Below the pieces are notes generated by a model. It was not told the origin of the DNA, ran no database searches, and was given only the letters and a program-made list of their open reading frames with translations. DNA of 64,000 bases from Myxococcales bacterium (GTDB taxonomy: Bacteria > Myxococcota_A > UBA9042 > JABWCM01 > BTVJ01): the NCBI GenBank assembly GCA_045863395.1, contig BTVJ01000006.1, positions 1-64,000 of the forward strand, in the 5' to 3' direction. The stretch's first letter is position 1; the number at the start of each line of letters is the position of its first letter. The translations under genes and the position numbers were made by a program. This document shows positions 18,515 to 27,857 of this stretch, one piece after another.

Positions 18515-20149
18515 TCAGCCCCGGTCCGCGAGGATGCGCCGCGCCGCCGCGCGCCCGGACAGCATCGCGCCGACGATGCCGTGGCCGGCGCGGGTGGAGG
18601 CGCCGCAGAGGTAGAGGCCTTGGACCGGCGAGCGGTAGCCCGGGCGGCTCTTGTTGAACTGGGCGGGGGTGGCGGCGATGCCGTAGCCCGTGCCGAACGC
18701 GGCGCGGGTGAAGCGGGTGTGGGTGAGCGGCGTGGCCGACTCCCGAAAGACGATCTTGCCGGCCACCCCCGGGAACAGGGCGTCGAAGCGCGCGATCAGC
18801 TCGTCCTCCACCCGCTGCTTGAGGCCGGCGTAGTCTGTATCGCGCTTGTAGCCCCAGCCGGTGGCGCCCTCGTGGGTCGCGCCCCAGAAGCGGGCGTCGC
18901 CGGGGAGCAGCGTCATGATCTCCGCGCTCTGGACTCCCGGCGGGGCGTGGTGGGGGCTGCCGGGCTCCTTCAGCGACGCGCTCGTGATGTAGGCAGCGTG
19001 CACCCGCATGTCCTCGGGGCGCTGTGGCAGCCGATAGACCTCCTCCATGTCGTAGGTGTCGAACTGCCAGTAGTTGGTGCGCTTCATGCCGAGCGCGGCC
19101 AGGTCCCCCTCGATGCCCAGGAAGGTGATGAAGATGGCCGCCGCCATCTCGTAGCGGTCCACCCTCTGGCGCCAGTCCAGGGGAGCGTCCTCCGGCGCGA
19201 GCAGCTCCAGGGCCGTGGCCCGCAGGTCCGCGTTGGAGAGCACGACCCGCGCCCGCACCTCGTGGGACCCGCCGTGTCGGGGCTCCGTTCGCACCCCGAC
19301 CGCCCGGCCTCCCTCCACGACGATGCGGGCGATGCCGTGGCGCAGGTGGATGCTGCCGCCCGCCGCCTCCACCGTCTCGGCGAGGCGATCTGCGATCACC
19401 TGGCCCCCGCCGCTCGGGTAGTACGCGCCCTGGAAGTAGTGGTCGGCGAGACCGCAGTGGAGGATCGCGCTCACCTTGCTCGGCGGCAGGCCGTAGTCGC
19501 CGCTCTGGCCCAGCATGATCGCCCGGAGCTTCGGATCTCGCGTGCAGGTGTCCAGGAACGCGCCGATGGTCGCGCCCTGGTTGGCAGCGAGCAGCCGCCC
19601 CCGCAGCAGTACCTCCAGACCCACCCGGGCCGTGAGGCGCCCGTCGGCCCGCTGGATGGAGCGCCCGATGACACCCACCTCCCGCACCAGGCGCACGTAG
19701 CGGTCGATGCCGCGGCGCTCGGAGGGGAACTGAGCGACCAGGCGGTCCCGGTACAGGTCCAGGTTGGCGGGGATGCGGAACTGGAAGTCAGGGAACACCA
19801 GCGTGTCGAAGCCATCCTGGTCCATGGGCACGAAGTCCACGTGGGCGCCCACCTCTCGAAGGATGGTCGGGATGGCCCCCTCCGGGCCGCAGTCCCCGAT
19901 GTAGTGGAGCCCCACGTCGAACCGGTAGCGCTGGTCGCGCCCTCCCCGCTGGAACTGGGTGGCGCAGCCCCCTGCCACGTAGTGGTGGTCGAAGATCGCA
20001 ACGCGCAGCCCCTGGCGGGCCAGAAACGCACCGGCGGTGAGCCCGCCGAGGCCCGCGCCGACGATGGCGACGTCCACGTGCTCGGGGAGCGGGGCCTGCG
20101 CGCGGGCGCGGGCGACGGACGCGGGGAGCGGCTCGGGGGCGGTCACCAT
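18515..20149 (-). CDS. Phytoene desaturase/retinol saturase family FAD-dependent oxidoreductase
   Basis: VAIVGAGLGGL dinucleotide fold, GGCATQF, FDVGLHY, YYPxGG, GLYLCGAS...GHGIVGAMLSG. Confidence 0.88.
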   Translation of the reverse strand: MVTAPEPLPASVARARAQAPLPEHVDVAIVGAGLGGLTAGAFLARQGLRVAIFDHHYVAGGCATQFQRGGRDQRYRFDVGLHYIGDCGPEGAIPTILREVGAHVDFVPMDQDGFDTLVFPDFQFRIPANLDLYRDRLVAQFPSERRGIDRYVRLVREVGVIGRSIQRADGRLTARVGLEVLLRGRLLAANQGATIGAFLDTCTRDPKLRAIMLGQSGDYGLPPSKVSAILHCGLADHYFQGAYYPSGGGQVIADRLAETVEAAGGSIHLRHGIARIVVEGGRAVGVRTEPRHGGSHEVRARVVLSNADLRATALELLAPEDAPLDWRQRVDRYEMAAAIFITFLGIEGDLAALGMKRTNYWQFDTYDMEEVYRLPQRPEDMRVHAAYITSASLKEPGSPHHAPPGVQSAEIMTLLPGDARFWGATHEGATGWGYKRDTDYAGLKQRVEDELIARFDALFPGVAGKIVFRESATPLTHTRFTRAAFGTGYGIAATPAQFNKSRPGYRSPVQGLYLCGASTRAGHGIVGAMLSGRAAARRILADRG

Positions 20150-20513
20150 GGGGTCCTCCGTCGTGCCGGGGAGCTGGCGTCTGCCCCCCCGGGCTGTGGT
20201 CCGCGAGCCTGGCATCGTTGGTGACGCCGAGCACCAGGGTCGGCGCGCCGGGGCTCCGCGGCTCAGGTCCCCGTTCTACACCGGGCGGCCGGTCGAGGGA
20301 AGGACAACCCCAGCCAGCGGTCCATGATCGCCGAGCATGGCTCCACGAGCCACCTTTCCCGACCCGAGGTCGAGTTTTGTTGTCATGCGCGCCCGAAGCG
20401 TGTATCCATGGCCGCACCGAAGACATCGACCGCCCCTCACCGATGACCGCGCGCTCGACGGCGAGCGCTGGCCCGGTCGCAGCGGGCGGCGTCACGACTG
20501 GGGAGACGGAGAG

Positions 20514-21983
20514 ATGAGCAGGACCTGTGGGATCAGCGGAATGAAGCTCTACGTGCCGCCGCAGCGCGTGGACCTGGAGCGGTGGTGCGACTGGACGGGC
20601 ACGCGGTGGGACAAGGTGCGCGCGGTGGTCGGCACGGGCTTTCGCATGGCGGGACCGCACGAGACCATCTACACCATGGCGGCCAACGCCGTGCTGCGCC
20701 TGATCCAGGACTACGAGGTCGACGTGGAGCGCGTCGGCATGCTGGCCTTCGGCACCGAGTCCAGCACGGACAACTCGGCTGGCGCCATCATCGTCAAGGG
20801 CATGGTGGACCAGGCGCTCCGCGACCTTGGACGCCGGCCGCTGTCCCGCCGCTGCGAGGTGCCGGAGCTCAAGCACGCCTGCCTGGGCGGGGTCTATGCC
20901 CTCAAGGCGGCGCTCCGCTACGTGGCGTCGGACGGGGCGGGCCGGCAGGCCATCGTGGTCTGCGGTGACATCGCCGAGTACGCCCGCGGGAGCTCCGGCG
21001 AGCCGACCCAGGGCGCAGGGGCGGTGGCGATGTTGGTGGAGGAGGACCCGGCGCTCCTCGCCCTCGACCTTCGCAACGCCGGGAGCGCGAGCGACTACCG
21101 CGGCCCCGACTTCCGCAAGCCCTTCGCGCGCTATGCGGAGCGCACGACCGACGCGCCGGGCGGCAAGGTGCACGACTACCCCCGGTTCAGCGGCCCCTAC
21201 TCGACCACCTGCTACGTGGACGAGGTGATCCAGGCGGTCGCGGCGCTCCGTGCCAACCTGGGCCTGTCCGCCGAGGCCCTCTGGCACGAGGTGGACGACG
21301 TCTACCTGCACCGCCCCTACCACCACATGCCCCAGAGCGCGATGGCCGCCCTCCACGTGTGGGGCCTCGCAGAGGACCCGTCCCGGCACGCGGAGCTGCG
21401 GCGCCTGTGCGAGGAGGGCGGCTGCGACCTCGACGCGGCGCTGGCGGAGACGCGCGCGACGCCCTCGCTGTTCGATGCCGTGCTCGGTGGGAAGCTCGAC
21501 GGCGACGTGTACCCGAACGCGCTGGCCGCAGCGCGCCGCTTCCGGCGCACGTCGGCCTTCGGAGACCTGGTCGCGTCCCGCATGAGCCGCGGCGCCGGGA
21601 GGATGATGGAGCTCGGCAACCTCTACACCGCGTCGCTCCCCGCGTGGCTCGCCGCCGCCCTCGACGAGGCGGCCGGGCGTGGCGAGGATCTGAGCGGGCA
21701 CCGCGTCCTGCTCATCGGCTACGGGAGCGGCGACGCAGCAGAGGCGATCCCCGCGACGGTCCAGCCGGGCTGGGCGGCCGCCGCGCGCCGCATCGGCTTC
21801 ACGGCCTCGCTTGCGGGAGCCATCGACGTGGACCGCGCGACCTATGAGGCGCTGCACGCGGGCCTTCCCACGGGTGACCTCGGCCACCGCCCCTCCAACG
21901 AGCTCGTGGTCGACCACGTGGGGGATCGCAACGACCCGGAGTTCCAGGACGCGGGCATCGAGTACTACCGCTACGTTCCCTGA
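20514..21983 (+). CDS. mvaS: Hydroxymethylglutaryl-CoA synthase family protein
   Basis: FGTES, ELKHACLGG (catalytic Cys), DIAEY...GEPTQGAGAVAM, DFRKP, HRPY, GNLYTAS, GYGSG. Confidence 0.85.
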   Translation: MSRTCGISGMKLYVPPQRVDLERWCDWTGTRWDKVRAVVGTGFRMAGPHETIYTMAANAVLRLIQDYEVDVERVGMLAFGTESSTDNSAGAIIVKGMVDQALRDLGRRPLSRRCEVPELKHACLGGVYALKAALRYVASDGAGRQAIVVCGDIAEYARGSSGEPTQGAGAVAMLVEEDPALLALDLRNAGSASDYRGPDFRKPFARYAERTTDAPGGKVHDYPRFSGPYSTTCYVDEVIQAVAALRANLGLSAEALWHEVDDVYLHRPYHHMPQSAMAALHVWGLAEDPSRHAELRRLCEEGGCDLDAALAETRATPSLFDAVLGGKLDGDVYPNALAAARRFRRTSAFGDLVASRMSRGAGRMMELGNLYTASLPAWLAAALDEAAGRGEDLSGHRVLLIGYGSGDAAEAIPATVQPGWAAAARRIGFTASLAGAIDVDRATYEALHAGLPTGDLGHRPSNELVVDHVGDRNDPEFQDAGIEYYRYVP

Positions 21984-22057
21984 GCGACCGCGCCGTGTCT
22001 CGCTTTCGGCGGACGTGGCCGCTTGACTGGTCCCTGAAGTTGGGCTAGTTGATGGTC

Positions 22058-22300
22058 ATGATTCGGATCAACATCGCCGAGGCAAAGACGAACCTCTCGA
22101 GACACCTGATGGCGGTCGAGCAGGGTGAGACCGTCCTGATCTGCCGCCGCAATGTGCCAATCGCGGAGATTCGCCCGATCCCGCCGCGCTCCCTTGCGCC
22201 TCGGCCGGTCGGCGTCGATCGGGGGATGGTGATCCCCCAGAGCTTCTTCGAACCGCTGCCCGACGACCTCATTGAGGCGTTCAACGGTGAGGCATCGTGA
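22058..22300 (+). CDS. Phd/YefM family antitoxin
   Basis: INIAEAKTNLSRHL...VEQGETVLICRRNVPIAE; C-terminal FFEPLPDD. Confidence 0.9.
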   Translation: MIRINIAEAKTNLSRHLMAVEQGETVLICRRNVPIAEIRPIPPRSLAPRPVGVDRGMVIPQSFFEPLPDDLIEAFNGEAS

Positions 22301-22683
22301 GGCTGCTGGTCGACACCTGCACATTCCTGTGGCTGGCGGCAGACGATCCGTCCCTCTCGACTCTGGCCCGTTCGGCGTGCGCCAACCCCCACAACGACGT
22401 GTATCTGAGCGCCATCTCGGCGTGGGAGATCTCCATCAAGTATCGTCTCGGGCGCCTGCCGCTCCCGGTCCCCCCGTCGTCCTACGTTCCGGATCGGCGC
22501 CGCTGGCTCCAACTGGAGGAGTGTGCCTTCGACGAGCGAGCCGCCGGCCACACCCATTTGCTGCCGGACATCCACCGGGACCCGTTCGACCGGGCCCTCG
22601 TGGCGCAGGCGCTCGTACTTGGGCTGACCATCGTCACGCCGGATCCCCTGATCCAAGCGTACCCGGCTCTCACGCTCTGGTAG
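22297..22683 (+). CDS. vapC: VapC family PIN-domain toxin
   Basis: LLVDTCTFLW, SAISAWEISIK, HRDPFDRALVAQA; GTGA overlap with the antitoxin. Confidence 0.92.
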   Translation: MRLLVDTCTFLWLAADDPSLSTLARSACANPHNDVYLSAISAWEISIKYRLGRLPLPVPPSSYVPDRRRWLQLEECAFDERAAGHTHLLPDIHRDPFDRALVAQALVLGLTIVTPDPLIQAYPALTLW

Positions 22684-22754
22684 CTCGGCACGGCCGGTGA
22701 CGCTCGGCTGGGACGTCGCCGCACGTTCCAGGTGGTCGGAACCCGGGTCGCGCG

Positions 22755-23726
22755 TCAGAGGCCGGCGTGCCACCGGGCGGCGCTGTCCACCATCGCGTCC
22801 AGGTCCCTCCACCGGGGCTCCCAGCCCAGCTCCTGGCGCGCACGCTCGGCGCTTGCCCAGAGCTCCGCCGGGTCGCCCGGCCGCCTGGCCCCCACACGGC
22901 GGGGCACTGGGCGCCCCACCACGCGCTCCACGGCCGCGAGCAGCTCCAGCACCGACGTGCCGTGCCCGAGGCCCAGATTGTAGACGCGCCCGAACCCCTC
23001 CCTGAGGTGGTCGAGGGCGATGACGTGGGCGGCGCACACGTCCTCCACGTGCAGGTAGTCGCGGATGCACGTACCGTCAGGGGTCGGCCAGTCGTCGCCC
23101 AAGATGGTCAGAGGGTCACCGCCTCGGGCGGCGGCGATGGCCAGCGGGACGATGTGGGTCTCGGGGTCGTGCCGCTCGCCGAGGGTCCCGTCCTGCGATG
23201 CTCCGCAGACGTTGAAGTAGCGGAAGGCGACCCACGAGAGTTCCGGCCAGGCCACCGAGGCGTCCGCGAGCATCCGCTCCACGAAGAGCTTGGACGCTCC
23301 ATAGGGATTGATGGGGCGCTGCGGAGTGTCCTCGACGATGGGCAGGGCGTCGGGCACCCCGTAGGTCGCGCAGGAGGAGCTGAACACGAGGCGGCTCACG
23401 CCCGCCTGCTGCATGGCGACGAGCAGGCTGGCAGACCCGGCCGTGTTGGCGTGGTAGTAGGCCAAGGGGCGCTCGACCGACTCCCCCACATAGGCCAGAG
23501 CCGCGAAGTGCATGATCGCGTCGATGCGAGAGGCGCGGAGAGTTTCGGTCAGCCAGGCAGTGTCTCTCACGTCGCCCAGCACGAAGGGCACCTCGGGGGG
23601 CACGTTGTCGCGGTGGCCCCGGTCCAGGCAGTCGAAGACCACCGGCTCATGACCCTGCTCCAGCAATCGGCGGACGGCGATGGAGCCGATGTAGCCTGCC
23701 CCCCCCGTGACCAGAACCCGTGTCAT
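22755..23726 (-). CDS. galE: UDP-glucose 4-epimerase
   Basis: VTGGAGYIGS, HFAALAYVGES, FSSSCATYG, NPYGASK, RYFN, DGTCIRDYLHV. Confidence 0.95.
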   Translation of the reverse strand: MTRVLVTGGAGYIGSIAVRRLLEQGHEPVVFDCLDRGHRDNVPPEVPFVLGDVRDTAWLTETLRASRIDAIMHFAALAYVGESVERPLAYYHANTAGSASLLVAMQQAGVSRLVFSSSCATYGVPDALPIVEDTPQRPINPYGASKLFVERMLADASVAWPELSWVAFRYFNVCGASQDGTLGERHDPETHIVPLAIAAARGGDPLTILGDDWPTPDGTCIRDYLHVEDVCAAHVIALDHLREGFGRVYNLGLGHGTSVLELLAAVERVVGRPVPRRVGARRPGDPAELWASAERARQELGWEPRWRDLDAMVDSAARWHAGL

Positions 23727-25759
23727 GGCGCACACTCCGCTTGAATCTTGGCGCTCACGAGCTTGCTCAGCTCGTCGAGCAGCAGGGTCGAGCTGGCGTC
23801 GGAGACTGCGACCGCCTCACCGCCGCCCCACCCGGCGATCGTCTCCGCGTGCCCCCGCTCGTAGCCCACGGTCACCACGCTGACCGTCACGGGGATGGGT
23901 TTGCCCGCCAGGTCCACCAAACGCTGCACCCCGAGCGGGTCCGAGTAGGTGCTCTCGTCGGCGACACAGGAGGCACCCTTGCAGTCTCCGTCCGTCTGGC
24001 ACCAGACCCCCGTGTCTGCGCAGAGCTTCTCCGTGAGCGAGACGGACCCGCTCTGGCAGGTCCCGCCAGCGCAGGTGGCGCCGCCGCCGCAGTCTCCGTC
24101 GCTGCTGCACCCCAGGCCGTAGTGGAGACGTTTCGCCTGGTTCCGCGGGTGAAACCAGCTCTCGAGGCTCGTGTCCACGGACTCGGCGCCGTCGGTGAAC
24201 AGCAGCACCATGAAGCGGCGGCAGGTGCGGCCCGAGTCGTGGCAGGTGCCGCCGACGCAGCCGTGAAACGGCGTCCCGCAGTCTTCGGCCGACTGGCAGG
24301 GGCGGCCGTCCACAGCGACGTGGTGGCGCAGCAGCTCTCCCGCGTAGAAGAGGGAGCGCCCGAGCGGCGTCTGCCCGACGGCCCGCAGCTCTGGGTCGTC
24401 GTGGATGTGGCAGCGCTTGACTCCGTCCTGCCCCGGCGCGCAGAAGCCCGGGCAGTCTCCGTCGCCCTGACACTCCGCATCGGTCTCCACCGCAGTCTCC
24501 ACGTCGTCGAGCCACCGCTGGATTGCGGGCAGGTCCGTGCCGTTGGTGGGAAACGCGAGAGTCACCTGCTCCATGGACTGCGCGAACCAGCCTCCGGGCT
24601 GAGTCTCGTGCTCGTCCGGATCACCGTCCATGGTGGGCATCCCGGTGTAGAACCCCGACTTGCACGACGGCCCGCCGGCCCCCGTCTCACGCTGGGGGAA
24701 GCGCATGAGCGCGAAGTGGGCCTTGCCTGCGAACGCGGCGAAGAGCTTGGTGAACACTCGCTTGGAGCGCCCCATGAGGGTGAGGCCGTCCGTCTCGGCC
24801 TCGCACTGGGGCCAGGGCGGCACGCAGGTCACCCCCAGAGCAGCACACTGCTCGGGAGCCCCGCCCTCGGGGTAGCCCCACATGGAGCTGCTGGTGTCGA
24901 AGATGACGACGATCACGGGTGTCGGTGCCCGGCAGCCCCCGTCCACGCACGTGGACCCTGGCGGACAGAGCACCGTCGCCAACGCTGTTCCCCACGGGTT
25001 GCACTGAGCGTAGGACGTGTCCGAGGCGCACTCTCGGGCGCCCGGCTCGCAGATGATTGGGGCGCACCGGGCCTGGACCGCGCCGCCGACCGCTGGCTCG
25101 CACCGCCAGCCGCCGCACGAGATGGCCTCATACCCGGACCCGCTCAGGGCGCACTGGGCGATTGCCGAGTCTCCCTGGCACTGCGGCGCGACGGTCTCCG
25201 GGACGCAGACGTCGGGCTTGCACACCCCACCTCCGCAGTGGGCGTCGACGGGGCAGTGGGCGTCCACCAGGCAGTCGACGCAGGTGCCGTTGCAGTGCAT
25301 GGTGTAGGGAGCGCAGTCGGTCGGGGTCTCGCAGGGGATCACGCCGCTGCGGCAGACCTCGGCGAGGCAGACCCCCTCGCAGTCGGTGTCCGCCTTGCAG
25401 TCCACACAGACGCCGCTCGGCCCGCAGACCCCGGTGGGGCAGGGCGCCTCGCCGGCGCACGCCTCCGCGGCCGCGCACTCCCCGGCGCGGCATACGGGCG
25501 CCGATGCGGGGCACTGGCCGTGGACCAGGCAGCCGAGGCAGTCCCCGGTGACCCGGTCGCAGAAGCGGGAGCCGCAGTCGTCGTGGGTCTTGCACCCCCC
25601 GGTGCCGGCGTCCGTGCCCGTGTCTCCAGATGGGGTCAGGAGCTCGCCCCCCGGCGCCAGGTCAGGCTTCGTCGATGCCGAGCCCGCGTCCCCAGGCGGC
25701 ACATCGACTTCACCGCCACAGGAGGCGAGCAGGTGCAGCGCGATGACGAGGCGGATCAT
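23723..25759 (-). CDS. Cys-rich lipoprotein with vWA domain
   Basis: True start ATG 25759 (MIRLVIALHLLASC lipobox) inside the 1490-aa track ORF; Cys-rich repeats; MIDAS DTSSS, GQTPLG, LLFTDG. Confidence 0.82.
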   Translation of the reverse strand: MIRLVIALHLLASCGGEVDVPPGDAGSASTKPDLAPGGELLTPSGDTGTDAGTGGCKTHDDCGSRFCDRVTGDCLGCLVHGQCPASAPVCRAGECAAAEACAGEAPCPTGVCGPSGVCVDCKADTDCEGVCLAEVCRSGVIPCETPTDCAPYTMHCNGTCVDCLVDAHCPVDAHCGGGVCKPDVCVPETVAPQCQGDSAIAQCALSGSGYEAISCGGWRCEPAVGGAVQARCAPIICEPGARECASDTSYAQCNPWGTALATVLCPPGSTCVDGGCRAPTPVIVVIFDTSSSMWGYPEGGAPEQCAALGVTCVPPWPQCEAETDGLTLMGRSKRVFTKLFAAFAGKAHFALMRFPQRETGAGGPSCKSGFYTGMPTMDGDPDEHETQPGGWFAQSMEQVTLAFPTNGTDLPAIQRWLDDVETAVETDAECQGDGDCPGFCAPGQDGVKRCHIHDDPELRAVGQTPLGRSLFYAGELLRHHVAVDGRPCQSAEDCGTPFHGCVGGTCHDSGRTCRRFMVLLFTDGAESVDTSLESWFHPRNQAKRLHYGLGCSSDGDCGGGATCAGGTCQSGSVSLTEKLCADTGVWCQTDGDCKGASCVADESTYSDPLGVQRLVDLAGKPIPVTVSVVTVGYERGHAETIAGWGGGEAVAVSDASSTLLLDELSKLVSAKIQAECAP

Positions 25760-27816
25760 GCCCCGGAGGATAGGGCCTCCCGGCGGCTCACCGCAATGCG
25801 GCCCTGCCGGGTGACGCCGGTGATCTTCACGCGTACCAGGTCCCCGGGCTTGGCCACGTCGCGCATGCTGGCGGTGCGGCCCTCCGCCCAGTCGCTGACG
25901 TGGAGCACCCCCTCGGTGCCCGGGAAGAGCTCCACGAAGGCCACGCTGTCGGTGAGGTTCTTGACGCGGCCGTCGATGATCTCGCCCACCACCGGCTCGC
26001 GGAACATGGACCGGATGCGGTCGAGGGCCGCCTTGGCCGCGACGGCGGTGGCGGCGGAGACGGTGACCATGCCCGTGTCGTCCACCTCCACGCGGGCGCC
26101 GGACTCGGCCTGGATCTCCTTGATGTTCCGGCCCCCGGGCCCGATGAGCTCGCCGATGCGGTCCGGCGGGATCTGCGTGCCGAGGATGCGCGGCGCGTGG
26201 GGGGACAGCTCGGGGCGGGGCCCCGCCAGCGCCTCGTGCATGCGGTCGAGGATGTGCAGGCGCGCCGCGCGGGCCTGGGCCAGGGCGCGGGTCAGCACGT
26301 CCTCCGTCAGCCCCTTGACCTTGATGTCCATCTGGAGCGCGGTGATGCCCTTCCGCGTCCCGCACACCTTGAAGTCCATGTCGCCGAGGTGGTCCTCGTC
26401 GCCGAGGATGTCCGTGAGCACCACGTGCCCCCCCGCGTGCTCGATGAGCCCCATGGCGACGCCCGCCACCGGCGCCCGGAGCGGGACTCCCGCGTCGTAC
26501 ATGGCGAGGACGCCGCCGCACACCGACGCCATGGACGAGCTGCCGTTGGACGAGAGGATGTCGCTGATCACCCGCACCGTGTACGGGAAGTCCTCCACCG
26601 CCGGGAACACGGCCTCCAGAGCCCGCTGGGCAAGGGCCCCGTGGCCTATCTCGCGCCGTCCGGGCCCCCGCAGGGGCTTCGTCTCCCCGGTGGAGAACGG
26701 CGGGAAGTTGTAGTGGAGGTAGAAGCGGGAGGCGACCTCGCCGAAAAGCGTCTCGTTGATCTCCCGGTCCGACGGTGAGCCGAGCACCGCTGTCGCCAGC
26801 GCCTGGGTCTCTCCCCGGCTGAACAGCGCCGAGCCGTGGGTCCGTGGCAAGAGCCCCGTCTCGCACCGGATGGGGCGCACCTCGTCGAAGCGCCGGCCGT
26901 CGAACCGTGTCCCGCCGACGATGACCGCGCGCGCCACCTCGTGCTCCAGGTCGCCCCACGCGGCCAGGCCGTCCGCCCCCAGCGTCGCATCGACCGCCGC
27001 CCGCACCGCAGCGACCGCGGCCTTGCGCTCGGACTTTCGCGGAGTGGCGTAGGCGCGGGCCAGGGGCTCGCGCCACGGCTCCAGGCGCTCCAGGGCCTCC
27101 GGCGTCTGCGGTACGAACACCAGCTTGTCCCGCCCCCGCAGCTCCCGCTGCACGGCGAGCAGCGGCTGCATCGCCCGGTCCGCCAGCAGCAGGGCCTCGA
27201 CCACCCGCGCCTCGCTCGCCTCGGCCGCGCCCCCTTCGACCATCAGCAGGCCGTCGGGCCCCGTGCTTACGATGAGGTCCAGGGTCGCGCCCTCCCGCTG
27301 CGCCTCGGAGGGGAAGACGACGAGCTGCCCGCCGACCTCCGCCACGCGCACGGCCGCCGCCGGCCCTTCCCAGGGGAGCGATGACAGGCACAGCGCCGCC
27401 GACGCCCCCGTGACCGCCAGCACCGACGGGTCCAGGTCCGGCTCGGCGGAGAGCACCTGCGCAATGACCTGCACGTCCATGCGGAAGCCGTCCGGGAACA
27501 GCGGCCGGATGGTGCGGTCCGTGATGCGGCTGCCGAGGACCTCCTGGTCCGACGGGCGGTTCTCCCGCTTCCGGTAGCCGCCCATGAAGCGCCCGGCCGC
27601 CGCTCGCCTGGCACGGTACTCGACGGTCAGGGGGAAGAAGTCGGTCCCCTCCCGCGCCTTGGCGCTCGTCACGGTCACGAGCAGCACGGTGTCGCCGCAG
27701 GTCACCGTCACGGCGCCATCGGCCTGCCACGCCATGCGGCCGGTCTCGATGGTCAGCGTGCGGGTGCCCACCTGGACGGATCGCGAGAGGACACCCGCGG
27801 AAGTGATGTCGGTCAT
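25756..27816 (-). CDS. pnp: Polyribonucleotide nucleotidyltransferase (divergent copy)
   Basis: DFFPLTVEY, DRTIRPLFP, HGSALFSRGETQ, HYNFPPFSTGE, RREIGHG, SNGSSSMAS, EDHLGDMDFKV; KH (IGPGG) and S1 domains. Confidence 0.92.
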   Translation of the reverse strand: MTDITSAGVLSRSVQVGTRTLTIETGRMAWQADGAVTVTCGDTVLLVTVTSAKAREGTDFFPLTVEYRARRAAAGRFMGGYRKRENRPSDQEVLGSRITDRTIRPLFPDGFRMDVQVIAQVLSAEPDLDPSVLAVTGASAALCLSSLPWEGPAAAVRVAEVGGQLVVFPSEAQREGATLDLIVSTGPDGLLMVEGGAAEASEARVVEALLLADRAMQPLLAVQRELRGRDKLVFVPQTPEALERLEPWREPLARAYATPRKSERKAAVAAVRAAVDATLGADGLAAWGDLEHEVARAVIVGGTRFDGRRFDEVRPIRCETGLLPRTHGSALFSRGETQALATAVLGSPSDREINETLFGEVASRFYLHYNFPPFSTGETKPLRGPGRREIGHGALAQRALEAVFPAVEDFPYTVRVISDILSSNGSSSMASVCGGVLAMYDAGVPLRAPVAGVAMGLIEHAGGHVVLTDILGDEDHLGDMDFKVCGTRKGITALQMDIKVKGLTEDVLTRALAQARAARLHILDRMHEALAGPRPELSPHAPRILGTQIPPDRIGELIGPGGRNIKEIQAESGARVEVDDTGMVTVSAATAVAAKAALDRIRSMFREPVVGEIIDGRVKNLTDSVAFVELFPGTEGVLHVSDWAEGRTASMRDVAKPGDLVRVKITGVTRQGRIAVSRREALSSGA

Positions 27817-27857
27817 GGGGCCTCGTCAGGTGTGGAAGGAGGGTCGGGCGCGGCTGG

